A stretch of 64,000 bases of DNA from Acetobacter sp. GTDB taxonomy: Bacteria; Pseudomonadota; Alphaproteobacteria; Acetobacterales; Acetobacteraceae. A program made the translations under genes and the position numbers. The notes beneath the pieces were generated by a model. That model saw only the letters and a program-made list of their open reading frames with translations, ran no database searches and had not been told where the DNA came from. Within the stretch, counting starts at the first letter, position 1. Each line of letters opens with the position of its first letter. Of this stretch, positions 49,369 through 58,106 are shown piece by piece. Location of the stretch: NCBI GenBank assembly GCA_017474285.1, contig JAFVHT010000034.1, positions 9,952 through 73,951 on the forward strand. Direction: 5' to 3'.

Positions 49369-49503
49369 AGTGTCGCTTTAAAAGTGGAACAAAAATAGTT
49401 TAAGAATACGGAAAACAATACGGAAAAGAGCGGTAGCGGTATAAGAGGAAAAATCGTCTCAAAAGAGGTTATTATGATTTTGGAAAGTAGGATTCATCAT
49501 ATC

Positions 49504-49511
49504 GGGGGGGG
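49504..49511 (+). repeat. poly-G (G8) homopolymer at the 5' end of hsdS
   Basis: Counted directly: atcggggggggtac. Confidence 0.95.
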
Positions 49512-49585
49512 TACACTTCCTCTGCTATAGAGCACGGGCACCCCCGCGCCACTGTAGTAGAGACTTTATTAGAGAAATATCAAAA

Positions 49586-49688
49586 AACCCCTGTTATTTG
49601 GAAAACCATTGGCGAATTAGGGGAAGTTGTTAGCGGAAAAGGCTTAACCAAAGCCGAATTATTAGACAGCGGACCCGTCGGCTGTATT
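49586..49688 (+). repeat. 103-nt direct repeat copy 1 (start of hsdS TRD1), 1 mismatch to copy 2
   Basis: Identical to 50306-50408 except 49676 c versus 50396 t. It encodes TPVIWKTIGELGEVVSGKGLTKAELLDSGPVGCI. Confidence 0.9.
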
Positions 49689-50305
49689 CATTACGGGCAG
49701 ATTTACACAAAATACGGCACAAGTGCCACAAAAACCGTTTCTTTTTGCACCGAAGAAACAGCAAAGAAATTAACGAAAGTTTATAAGGGAAATATTATTT
49801 TTGCGAAGCATAGCGAAAATGTAAAAGATGTTTGTACAGCAATGGCTTACTTGGGAGATGAAGTCATTTATTTAGGGGGTAATTCTTTTGTATTACGGTT
49901 TAACTCAAATATTGAGTGTGATCCTAAATTTTTTAGTTATTACACACAAACAAGACGTTTTCATTTGGCAGTAATAAAATATGTGAGAGGGGCGACAACC
50001 CACTACATAAACACAGGTAGCCTTATTCATCTAAAGGTCCCCCTTCCGCCTCTAGAGGTGCAAAAAGAAATTGTAGAAATTTTAGAGAAGTTTGACTATT
50101 CAAAAAAAGGACTTCTTGGTTCCCTTAAAAAAGAATTAGCTTTAAGAGAAAAACAATATACCTATTACAGAGCACAACTCTTAAAATTTCCCAAAGAGGG
50201 GGAGGACTTAAAAAAACCCTCTCCTCGTCGTGTCCTCGTCACACAAAAACAACACAACGATCCTCATGCGCTTTTACCGCAGACATTATTACACAAGTTT
50301 CAATC

Positions 50306-50408
50306 AACCCCTGTTATTTGGAAAACCATTGGCGAATTAGGGGAAGTTGTTAGCGGAAAAGGCTTAACCAAAGCCGAATTATTAGACAGCGGACCTGTCG
50401 GCTGTATT
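50306..50408 (+). repeat. 103-nt direct repeat copy 2 (start of hsdS TRD2)
   Basis: See copy 1; the offset is 720 nt. A second identical 41-nt pair (50031-50071 / 50748-50788) marks the two conserved helices. Confidence 0.9.
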
Positions 50409-50810
50409 TATTATGGACAACTTTCTACAGAATTTGGGGCTTTAGCCTATAAAACTGTTTCTTTTGTTACAAAAGAAACGGCGGAAAAGTGTACCAAAGT
50501 TTATAAAGGGGATATTATTTTTCAGAAAGCGAGTCAGGTTAAGAGAAATATTTGTAAGGCGGTAGCGTATGTTGGTGAAAGCCCTATTGTTGCAGGCGTG
50601 GGTTCTACCGTGTTTAGAGTTTACTCAAAACAATGTGATTCAAAATTTTTAAGTTACTATACACAAGCCCCGTTATTTCGTGCTGAGGTATATCGCTATA
50701 TGAGGGGGGCTGCGGTTTATAATATGAATAATAGCTCTCTTAAAAATCTAAAGGTCCCCCTTCCGCCTCTAGAGGTGCAAAAAGAAATCGTCTCTATTTT
50801 GGAAGAAAAA

Positions 50811-50846
50811 GAGAGCCTAAAAGAGAGCCTAAAAGAGAGCCTAAAA
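50811..50846 (+). repeat. in-frame 12-nt tandem repeat x3 (gagagcctaaaa; ESLK x3) in the distal conserved helix of hsdS
   Basis: Read directly. The paralogous central helix (about 50080-50130) lacks the repeat. Confidence 0.95.
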
Positions 50847-50983
50847 GAAGAGATACGCTTACGCGAAAAACAATACAAGTATTATCGCTCTCAACTCCTC
50901 AACTTCCAAAACCCCTCTCACTACCCCTTAAATAACCTCAAAACTCTCTAAAAACACTCCCCTTAACAACGAAAGCCTTTTTT

Positions 50984-53900
50984 ATGAATACTTATCAAGC
51001 CATTGCCGATATGCCCGAGACAGCTATTGTTGCCGTCTATGAGCCCAGCCCTACGCAAGCCACACACTACCAATCTGAAGCCGAATTAGAGGCAGAATTT
51101 ATCCGTTTGTTACAAGAAAACGGCTATGCCTATGTTTCTATTAACAACGCTAAAGAGTTGCTCCATAACGTGCGAGAACAGCTTTCTCAACTCAATAACG
51201 TAACCTTTTCTGAAGAAGAATGGCAGCGTTTTTGTCGGGAATATTTGCTTAGTAATCCGCAAGGGATTCAAGATACAAGCTGTAAAATTCAACGCGATTC
51301 AAAATATTATTTTACATTTGATAATGGGCATGCCCAAAATATTATGATTATTGATAAAAATAAAATTCATCGTAACACGCTCCAAGTGATCAACCAATAT
51401 GAGGCACAAGGGGCAAAAACCAATCGTTATGACGTCACCATTTTGGTCAACGGCTTGCCGTTGGTACATGTGGAATTAAAACGTCGCGGGGTAAGCCTGC
51501 ATGAAGCCTTTAACCAAATTAACCGCTATCAGCGTGAAAGTTTTTGGGCAGAGGCGGGGTTGTTTGAATTTGTGCAAATTTTTGTCATTTCTAACGGTAC
51601 CCATACAAAATATTACTCAAATAGTACCCGTCATAATTCGGTTAAAAATAACACAAACAATTCAGGCAATGATCAGGCAATGAGGGAAGCGGTTCATAAC
51701 GAGAATGCGGGCAATAGTTTTGAATTTACCAGCTGGTGGGCAGACGGCAGAAATAAACATATTGCCGATTTGGTGGATTTTTCAAAAACTTTTTTCTTAA
51801 AACATGTTTTACTGACAATTTTAACCCGTTATTGTGTTTTTGATACAGATAAAAACCTTAAAATTATGCGTCCTTATCAAATTGCGGCAACCGAAAAAAT
51901 CTTAGAAAAAATAAAAACAGCGCACCTCAACAAACAATGGGGCTCACCCGAAGCGGGCGGATATATTTGGCACACAACAGGTAGCGGTAAAACCCTGACA
52001 AGTTTTAAAACGGCACAATTAGCCAAAGATCTCCCTTGTATTGAGAAAGTGCTTTTTGTGGTCGATCGCAAAGACCTCGATTATCAAACACAAAAGGAAT
52101 ATAACCAATTTGAAGAGGGATCTGTTGATAGCACGCTTAACACAAGGGAACTCCTCAAAAAATTACATAACCCTGAAGCAAAAATTATTGTTACTACGAT
52201 TCAAAAACTTTCGCGCGCATTAGAACGGCTGAAAGACTATGAAACAGACTATGAAACGGGGTATAATGTGCTTCAAAGCCCTATTGTCATTATTTTTGAT
52301 GAGTGTCATCGTTCCCAATTCGGGAAAATGCATCGCGATATTATTCGGAAATTTAAGAAATATTATCTTTTTGGGTTTACGGGCACGCCTATTTTTGAAG
52401 ATAACGCCTCGACGACTAACGCCCTACACCGCCAAACAACAGAACATATTTTTGGGCGACAACTCCACAGCTACACTATTGTCAACGCGATTGAAGATAA
52501 AAATGTTCTGCCGTTTCTGATTGATTATGTGGGCACGATGAAAGCCAAAAGCAAAAGTGATGACAGAGACAAAAAAATTAAAGCCGTTGATGTACAACAC
52601 GCTTTATTGGCGCCCGAACGCATACAAGAAATTACGCATTATATAGTGCAATATTTTGACAACAAAACCAAAAACCGCGCCTTTAACGCGATTTTGGCAA
52701 CAAGCTCCATCGATATGGCACAACGTTATTATGACGCTTTTAAAGCATATTATGAGGAACACATTGTTAAAAATCCCTTAAAAATTGCCCTTATTTATAG
52801 TTTTGGTGCCCAAGAAACCGAAGATAATGATGAGGACTTAAACAAAAGAACGCCCGGCACTTCTGAAGCCTCTACGCTTGAGAGTGAAAAGCAAGAAATA
52901 TACGAGGCACAAGAGACCAACGAGGGAGAAGGAGTTGAGATTCTTGATAATACCGATAATGAGGGGGTTGGCACTATTCCAGAAGAAAATCTTGATCCAA
53001 CTCGTTTAAGCGCGTCATCACGGATATTTCTTGATGGGGTGATTAAAGACTATAACGCCTATTTTGGGACAAATTTTAGCGCGGCAACGTCTGAAAAATT
53101 CGATCAATACTATCAAGACGTGTCAAAAAAAGTCAAAACGCGCGAAATTGATTTACTGATTGTTGTGGATATGTTTTTAACAGGGTTTGACTCCAAAACA
53201 TTAAATACCTTATGGGTCGATAAAAACCTTAAATATCATGGGTTAATCCAAGCGTTTTCACGCACAAACCGCATTTTAAATTCGGTTAAAACCTACGGCA
53301 ATGTGGTGTGTTTCCGTCCGTTAGAAGACAATGTTAAAAAAGCCCTCGCTATTTTTGGGGAGGATCACTCTCAAAATGTCAAAGACATTGAAGAAATCGC
53401 TGTTTTACCCGGGTATCAGCATTATCTCGAAGACTATGCACAATGTGTGACGGAACTTCAAGATAAATTCCCCAGAGCAGAGGGGGATCCGTTAGGCGAA
53501 ACAGCTGAAAAAGATTTTGTAAAAATTTTTGGAAAACTTCTCCGCTTGCGGAATGTTTTAGAGGCGTTTCCTGAATTTATAGAAAAAGAAAAAACGCAAG
53601 ACAGAGGCGAACAACAAAAAACAGAACACACGCTCACGAGCGAAACGGAGCGTATTATAGGCATAGACAGCGCATCGGAAGACGATATAAAGGACATTAT
53701 AAAAGACGAAGACACCAAAAATACATTTTTATCCGAACGCGCATTACAAGATTATAAAAGCGTTTACCAGAATATTCGGGAAAAATATCGGCGCTCAAAA
53801 GAGCATGAACAAGAAAATATCAATGACGATCTCCTTTTTGAAATTGAATTGATTAAAAGCGTTGAGGTCAATATTGATTATATTCTTGAACTCTTAGCAC

Positions 53901-54376
53901 AAGGGCACAAAATTCTTTGCAGTCAGAATCCTGAAGAAGAGGATAAAAAGCAAGAAGTGCTGCAAAATGTCTTTCGTGTTATGGGGGCAACCTATAATTT
54001 ACGCAGTAAAAGAAAATTGGTTGAGCAATTTGTTAAAAACTTTTCGGTAAGTGCTCAAAACCTTTCTCAAAATAAGACAAATGAGGCGATAAAAGAAACA
54101 TGGTCGACATTTGTTAAAAACCAATATACTCAAGAGCTTGACGCCATTATTGATGAGGAAAAATTGCAGCCCGAACGAACCCGCCAATTTATGGAAGACG
54201 CTTTACAAGATGGTTTTCTTAAAACAACGGGTACGAATTTTAATCAAATTCTTCCCAAAATGTCGCCTTTTAGCAAAAATACCCGTGAAAGAGAAAAGAC
54301 AATTAGCAACCGTCTACAGGATTTCTTTGAGAAATATCACGGTGCCTATAACCCGAACCCTGTCAATCCTTTATAA
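50984..54376 (+). CDS. hsdR: type I restriction enzyme R subunit HsdR
   Basis: 1130 aa. The HSDR_N-like segment reads RYDVTILVNGLPLVHVELKRRG. Helicase motifs GYIWHTTGSGKT and IIFDECHRSQ are present, as is a C-terminal FLTGFDSKTLNTLWVDK. Confidence 0.9.
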   Translation: MNTYQAIADMPETAIVAVYEPSPTQATHYQSEAELEAEFIRLLQENGYAYVSINNAKELLHNVREQLSQLNNVTFSEEEWQRFCREYLLSNPQGIQDTSCKIQRDSKYYFTFDNGHAQNIMIIDKNKIHRNTLQVINQYEAQGAKTNRYDVTILVNGLPLVHVELKRRGVSLHEAFNQINRYQRESFWAEAGLFEFVQIFVISNGTHTKYYSNSTRHNSVKNNTNNSGNDQAMREAVHNENAGNSFEFTSWWADGRNKHIADLVDFSKTFFLKHVLLTILTRYCVFDTDKNLKIMRPYQIAATEKILEKIKTAHLNKQWGSPEAGGYIWHTTGSGKTLTSFKTAQLAKDLPCIEKVLFVVDRKDLDYQTQKEYNQFEEGSVDSTLNTRELLKKLHNPEAKIIVTTIQKLSRALERLKDYETDYETGYNVLQSPIVIIFDECHRSQFGKMHRDIIRKFKKYYLFGFTGTPIFEDNASTTNALHRQTTEHIFGRQLHSYTIVNAIEDKNVLPFLIDYVGTMKAKSKSDDRDKKIKAVDVQHALLAPERIQEITHYIVQYFDNKTKNRAFNAILATSSIDMAQRYYDAFKAYYEEHIVKNPLKIALIYSFGAQETEDNDEDLNKRTPGTSEASTLESEKQEIYEAQETNEGEGVEILDNTDNEGVGTIPEENLDPTRLSASSRIFLDGVIKDYNAYFGTNFSAATSEKFDQYYQDVSKKVKTREIDLLIVVDMFLTGFDSKTLNTLWVDKNLKYHGLIQAFSRTNRILNSVKTYGNVVCFRPLEDNVKKALAIFGEDHSQNVKDIEEIAVLPGYQHYLEDYAQCVTELQDKFPRAEGDPLGETAEKDFVKIFGKLLRLRNVLEAFPEFIEKEKTQDRGEQQKTEHTLTSETERIIGIDSASEDDIKDIIKDEDTKNTFLSERALQDYKSVYQNIREKYRRSKEHEQENINDDLLFEIELIKSVEVNIDYILELLAQGHKILCSQNPEEEDKKQEVLQNVFRVMGATYNLRSKRKLVEQFVKNFSVSAQNLSQNKTNEAIKETWSTFVKNQYTQELDAIIDEEKLQPERTRQFMEDALQDGFLKTTGTNFNQILPKMSPFSKNTREREKTISNRLQDFFEKYHGAYNPNPVNPL

Positions 54377-54422
54377 AGCCTCGCTATAAAAACAAAATAG
54401 GCGTGAGCAGAGGGCTTTTTCC

Positions 54423-55289
54423 TCAAAAAGAGGGTTTGAAAGGGGTTTTAAGAGTTTTTTGTGTTTGGGGCTGTGAGGGATCGGGCGCCCAACCTGATAA
54501 AATAGCCATATGGAGAGGGGTTGCAAAATATCCCTCTTCTGTGTTTTCAAGTGTTGCCGCGGCAAGGGGAAAAAGAGCTCGCGGTGGTGGTGTGCGATCA
54601 CGGAGTGTTAAAGCGTTGGTTTCTCCTGCGGCGCGTAGATCTGACACAAGAGCGCGTAATGTGCGATAGCGTATATTAACCACTTCGCGATCAATAAGAG
54701 GCAACGCAAACCCGGCTCTTTGCATGAGAGTCACACAACTATAATGAGTCGGTAAAGGAGAAATACGCGGGGAAACACCGCCGCGTAAAGCAAGTTCAGC
54801 CTCTTCAAGGGCAACACGTAAAGGTTGCAGGGTTGGCACAATTGGTATACTGGCTAAAAAAAGCCCGTCTGGCTGTAAAATATGGCAAATTTGTCTTAAA
54901 ATACCGGGTAAATCATTGACCCAATGTAAAGAAAGATGTGCCATGACAAGGTCAAAACTGTGCGCCTTAAAAGGCAGTGTGTCCATATCGGCACATATGG
55001 CAACAGAAGAAGGGGCGGAGGAGGGAGCTTTTTTAGCTTGTGCCAAAGAAAAATCAATGGAAAAATCTAGCGAAACAACGGGAATATCACGTTGTAAAAG
55101 TGCTTTGGTAATAAGACCTCGCCCCCCTATATCAAGCGCTGATGTAAAACGTCTTGAAACGTCGTCTAAACGATCAAGCAAAATATCCGCCGTTGCCTCT
55201 AAAAGAGGGGTAATGCTTTTTTGTTGCGCAACAGCACGCGTGCGATGCTGGCGTACAGCATGATAATCAAAAATAAGGGGTACAGTCAT
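54423..55289 (-). CDS. class I SAM-dependent methyltransferase
   Basis: ALDIGGRG (motif I) and FDLVMAHLSLHWVNDL are present. Confidence 0.75.
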   Translation of the reverse strand: MTVPLIFDYHAVRQHRTRAVAQQKSITPLLEATADILLDRLDDVSRRFTSALDIGGRGLITKALLQRDIPVVSLDFSIDFSLAQAKKAPSSAPSSVAICADMDTLPFKAHSFDLVMAHLSLHWVNDLPGILRQICHILQPDGLFLASIPIVPTLQPLRVALEEAELALRGGVSPRISPLPTHYSCVTLMQRAGFALPLIDREVVNIRYRTLRALVSDLRAAGETNALTLRDRTPPPRALFPLAAATLENTEEGYFATPLHMAILSGWAPDPSQPQTQKTLKTPFKPSF

Positions 55290-55425
55290 AGGCTGTTATT
55301 GTGCGGGTTTTTCTCTTTTTTGCCAAGTTGTTTTAGGGAGTTATGAGGGTTTTCCTTTTCTGAAGACCTCCTTAAAAAACGTGTGAAAATGATAAAATAA
55401 AAGTATAATAATTAAAAGTATAATA

Positions 55426-56289
55426 ATGAACGTTAAAACAAAAAAACTCCAATCCATCATAAACGCACAAAATGCGCAACAATGGGCGAAAAAACTCTTT
55501 CATATATTTTTAGAAATACTTTACCCGCCTGTTTGTGTATCATGTGGGGCAGAAGTAGAGCAAACGGGCTTATTGTGTAGTGCGTGTTTTGCACAAACAT
55601 GGTCGGTAACACAGCCTTTTTGCCGATCCTGTGCTATGCCGCAAAAATCTGCGGCTTTTTTGGGAGAGTCTGGGCTTTGTTTTTCTTGTGAAACTCACCC
55701 GCCTATATGGGGGCAAGCGCGCGCCGCGTTTACATATACATCAGTCATCCGTCGTCTTATTTTACAATTCAAATATAGTGATAGGGAAGAACACGCTGCG
55801 TTTTTGGGTACCCATATGGCGCAAGCAGGTGCCGATCTTTTGAAAGAAAATACTTTGTTAGTTCCTGTTCCTGTGCATCGTTGGCGGCTTTTACAGCGTA
55901 AATACAACCAAGCTGCATGGCTTGCCCGTCATATTGCACAAATTTCTGGGGCAGACTATATGCCTGACGCTTTGCTTCGTCGGCATAAAACGGCACGCCT
56001 TGCTCGTTTTTCCCGTAGAGAACGACAACATGAAATGCGCCGTGCTATTGTAGCACGTGCCTCGCGGCAAGCGCTTTTGGCGGGGCGTCATGTTATATTG
56101 GTTGATGATGTGCTGACAACAGGCGCTACGGCTACGGCGTGCACAGAGGCTCTCTATGAGGTAGGGGTGTCCCACGTTGATGTGCTTGTTGCCGCCGTTG
56201 TGCTCATTGATCCGGAAAATAATGCGCCAGAAAATAATGCGGGTAAAAATGATACAGAAAAAACAATGCAATATAGAGAGAGGCAATAG
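55426..56289 (+). CDS. comF: ComF family phosphoribosyltransferase-like protein
   Basis: An N-terminal zinc-ribbon-like CVSCG...CSAC and the PRTase motif VILVDDVLTTGATA are present. Confidence 0.85.
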   Translation: MNVKTKKLQSIINAQNAQQWAKKLFHIFLEILYPPVCVSCGAEVEQTGLLCSACFAQTWSVTQPFCRSCAMPQKSAAFLGESGLCFSCETHPPIWGQARAAFTYTSVIRRLILQFKYSDREEHAAFLGTHMAQAGADLLKENTLLVPVPVHRWRLLQRKYNQAAWLARHIAQISGADYMPDALLRRHKTARLARFSRRERQHEMRRAIVARASRQALLAGRHVILVDDVLTTGATATACTEALYEVGVSHVDVLVAAVVLIDPENNAPENNAGKNDTEKTMQYRERQ

Positions 56290-56392
56290 GAGAGGGGGTT
56301 TGCAAGAGATAAAGAATAAAGGCTATAGTAATATAAGAGACGTAATGTCGTAAAAGAAAATGATCATCAGGAAATTTCACGAAAGGGAAAAC

Positions 56393-56653
56393 ATGGTTCA
56401 AGTTGAGATTTACACACAACCCGGGTGTCCTTATTGTCATCGAGCTGTGGCTTTATTAGAAAGTAAAAAAATTGCTTTTAAACAAATTAACGCTCCTCGT
56501 GGTACAAAAGAACGGGAAGAAGCTATTACTCGTTCTGGTGGGCGGGAAACAGTCCCCCAAATTTTTATTGATGGACAACTTCTTGGGGGCTGTGATGACC
56601 TCGTTTCTTTAGAGCGCCGCGGTAAGCTTGATGCAAAATTGGGGATTGGGTAA
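56393..56653 (+). CDS. grxC: glutaredoxin 3
   Basis: VEIYTQPGCPYCHRA (CPYC) and TVPQIFIDGQLLGGCDDL are present. The ATG at 56393 lies within ORF 56360..56653. Confidence 0.9.
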   Translation: MVQVEIYTQPGCPYCHRAVALLESKKIAFKQINAPRGTKEREEAITRSGGRETVPQIFIDGQLLGGCDDLVSLERRGKLDAKLGIG

Positions 56654-56744
56654 GGATTGGCTAACAACATTTTACTTATAAAAACATCTAAAAATGGCGT
56701 TTCTACCACAAAAGCCCTCAAAAGCAAGAAAGAAGTTAAATTAG

Positions 56745-57257
56745 ATGATTTGTTATCGTCTCCATTGTGCTATCGGTCATGAATTTGAGGGATGGTATAA
56801 AGATAGCCAAACGTTTAGCCGATTACAGAATGCGGGCTTGCTTTCATGTCCAGAATGTGGTGATACGCGTATTAAGCAGGCTTTGGTAGCGCCCGCTATT
56901 CTTAAAGGAAAGGGGGCAAAATCAACAGGCACTCATCATACGGGAGATGAAAAACCGCTTTCTGCATCGTCACTAAAATCATCGTCACATTCTCCCTTAT
57001 CAGCAAAGCAAAACCCATCTCAATCTGGTCGTGTGCCTGATGCTTTGATAGGGGCTATGCAGCGTATGCGCGAAGTTATTGAAAAAAATTGTGACCATGT
57101 TGGCAAAAATTTTGCTCAAGAAGCGTTGCGTATGCACCATGGGCAAGCTCCGCGACGAAATATTTACGGTGATGTTTCTGAAAGTGATCGAGAATTGTTA
57201 GAGAGCGAGGGCGTCTCTTTCCAAACAATACCATGGGTACGTAAAGCTGATAGTTAG
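56745..57257 (+). CDS. DUF1178 family protein
   Basis: MICYRLHCAIGHEFEGWYKDSQTFSRLQNAGLLSCPECGDTRIKQALVAPAI is the typical DUF1178 N-terminus. Confidence 0.8.
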   Translation: MICYRLHCAIGHEFEGWYKDSQTFSRLQNAGLLSCPECGDTRIKQALVAPAILKGKGAKSTGTHHTGDEKPLSASSLKSSSHSPLSAKQNPSQSGRVPDALIGAMQRMREVIEKNCDHVGKNFAQEALRMHHGQAPRRNIYGDVSESDRELLESEGVSFQTIPWVRKADS

Positions 57258-57440
57258 AGCGTTTGAAAGAATTGAATAATTTATTATTTAAGAGATTTTT
57301 TAGGAAATTTTTAGAAAATGATGAAATAACGCAAAGAATCAGAGAAAAACATAAGTTAAAAACATAAGTTAAAAACATGGAGTTTTATAAGAACAATAAA
57401 GACAACGAGAGAAAACTATACACAAACTGTAAGGAAAAAT

Positions 57441-58004
57441 ATGAGGAAAACCGTAAAAGCAAACATAGGTAAGGACAGCATGAGACAAGTACTAAAAGGA
57501 AAGGACAAAGAAAAAAATATAAGAACAGGTGTAAAGAACAGCCTCTGCGTTACACTGATTACTTTTTATTTGATGTGTTTTATAGTCGTTGCACCTCTTT
57601 CAAAAAAGGCTTATGCCACCACACAAGAAGAGGCTTTACTTGGCTATTGGGTCACACCAGAACATGATGGTGTTTTTAAGATTGAACGGTGTGGAAATTC
57701 TTTGTGCGGTAATCTTGTCGGGTTGCGCTATGATGGCAATGATGTGCCTCGTGGGCATGATGGTAAGTCTGAATGTAATATTAGAATGTTGACCGATTTT
57801 CATCGCTTATCGGCAGATAGCACGCATTTAAATGGACATGTTCTTGATCCAGATAGTGGTAAAATCTATAATGCACAATTATGGTCTCCAGATCGGGACG
57901 TGTTAAAATTAAGGGGATATGTTGCTATACCTCTTTTTGGGGAAACACATACATGGACACGCTATAAAGGCGGTCCTATAGGACCAGAATGTAAAATGCC
58001 TTAA
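57441..58004 (+). CDS. DUF2147 domain protein (secreted)
   Basis: GYWVTPEHDGVFKIERCGNSLCGNLVGL...GKIYNAQLW...LKLRGYV matches DUF2147. The start is uncertain because there are several in-frame Met codons. Confidence 0.75.
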   Translation: MRKTVKANIGKDSMRQVLKGKDKEKNIRTGVKNSLCVTLITFYLMCFIVVAPLSKKAYATTQEEALLGYWVTPEHDGVFKIERCGNSLCGNLVGLRYDGNDVPRGHDGKSECNIRMLTDFHRLSADSTHLNGHVLDPDSGKIYNAQLWSPDRDVLKLRGYVAIPLFGETHTWTRYKGGPIGPECKMP

Positions 58005-58024
58005 ATCAAAGGCATTTTGTATTT
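57993..58024 (+). terminator. weak candidate terminator after the DUF2147 gene
   Basis: A 10-bp stem aaaatgcctt/aaggcatttt (only 3 GC pairs) spans the stop codon and is followed by gtatttt. Confidence 0.35.
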
Positions 58025-58106
58025 TCCGTTTGGAACACTCTAGGCATCGTTTGAGAAAACGGAAAAAAAATCTTTGAGAGTAATAAAAGAACTGATTAAA
58101 GTTTTG

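Larger units (their letters stand above)
49474..50951 (+). pseudogene. hsdS: type I R-M specificity subunit HsdS, out of frame at a G8 tract (phase-OFF or frameshifted as sequenced)
   Basis: The ATG at 49474 has RBS aaaagagg. It reads MILESRIHHIGGG, then stops at 49528-49530. The frame encoding TRD1 is open from 49491 but has no ATG/GTG/TTG before 49842. A +1 G (or -2 G) in the tract 49504-49511 restores one ORF with two TRDs and two conserved helices. Confidence 0.8.

Noticed and set aside
55631-56440. Multiple overlapping ORFs on both strands within comF (70-131 aa).
   Set aside because: They are alternative-frame ORFs inside a confidently assigned gene with a PRTase motif. None has independent support.
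57345-57378. Tandem 13-mer aaaaacataagtt x2.5 in the intergenic region upstream of the DUF2147 gene.
   Set aside because: It is a short AT-rich slippage-type repeat with no associated structure or ORF. It may affect promoter spacing, but there is no evidence for that.
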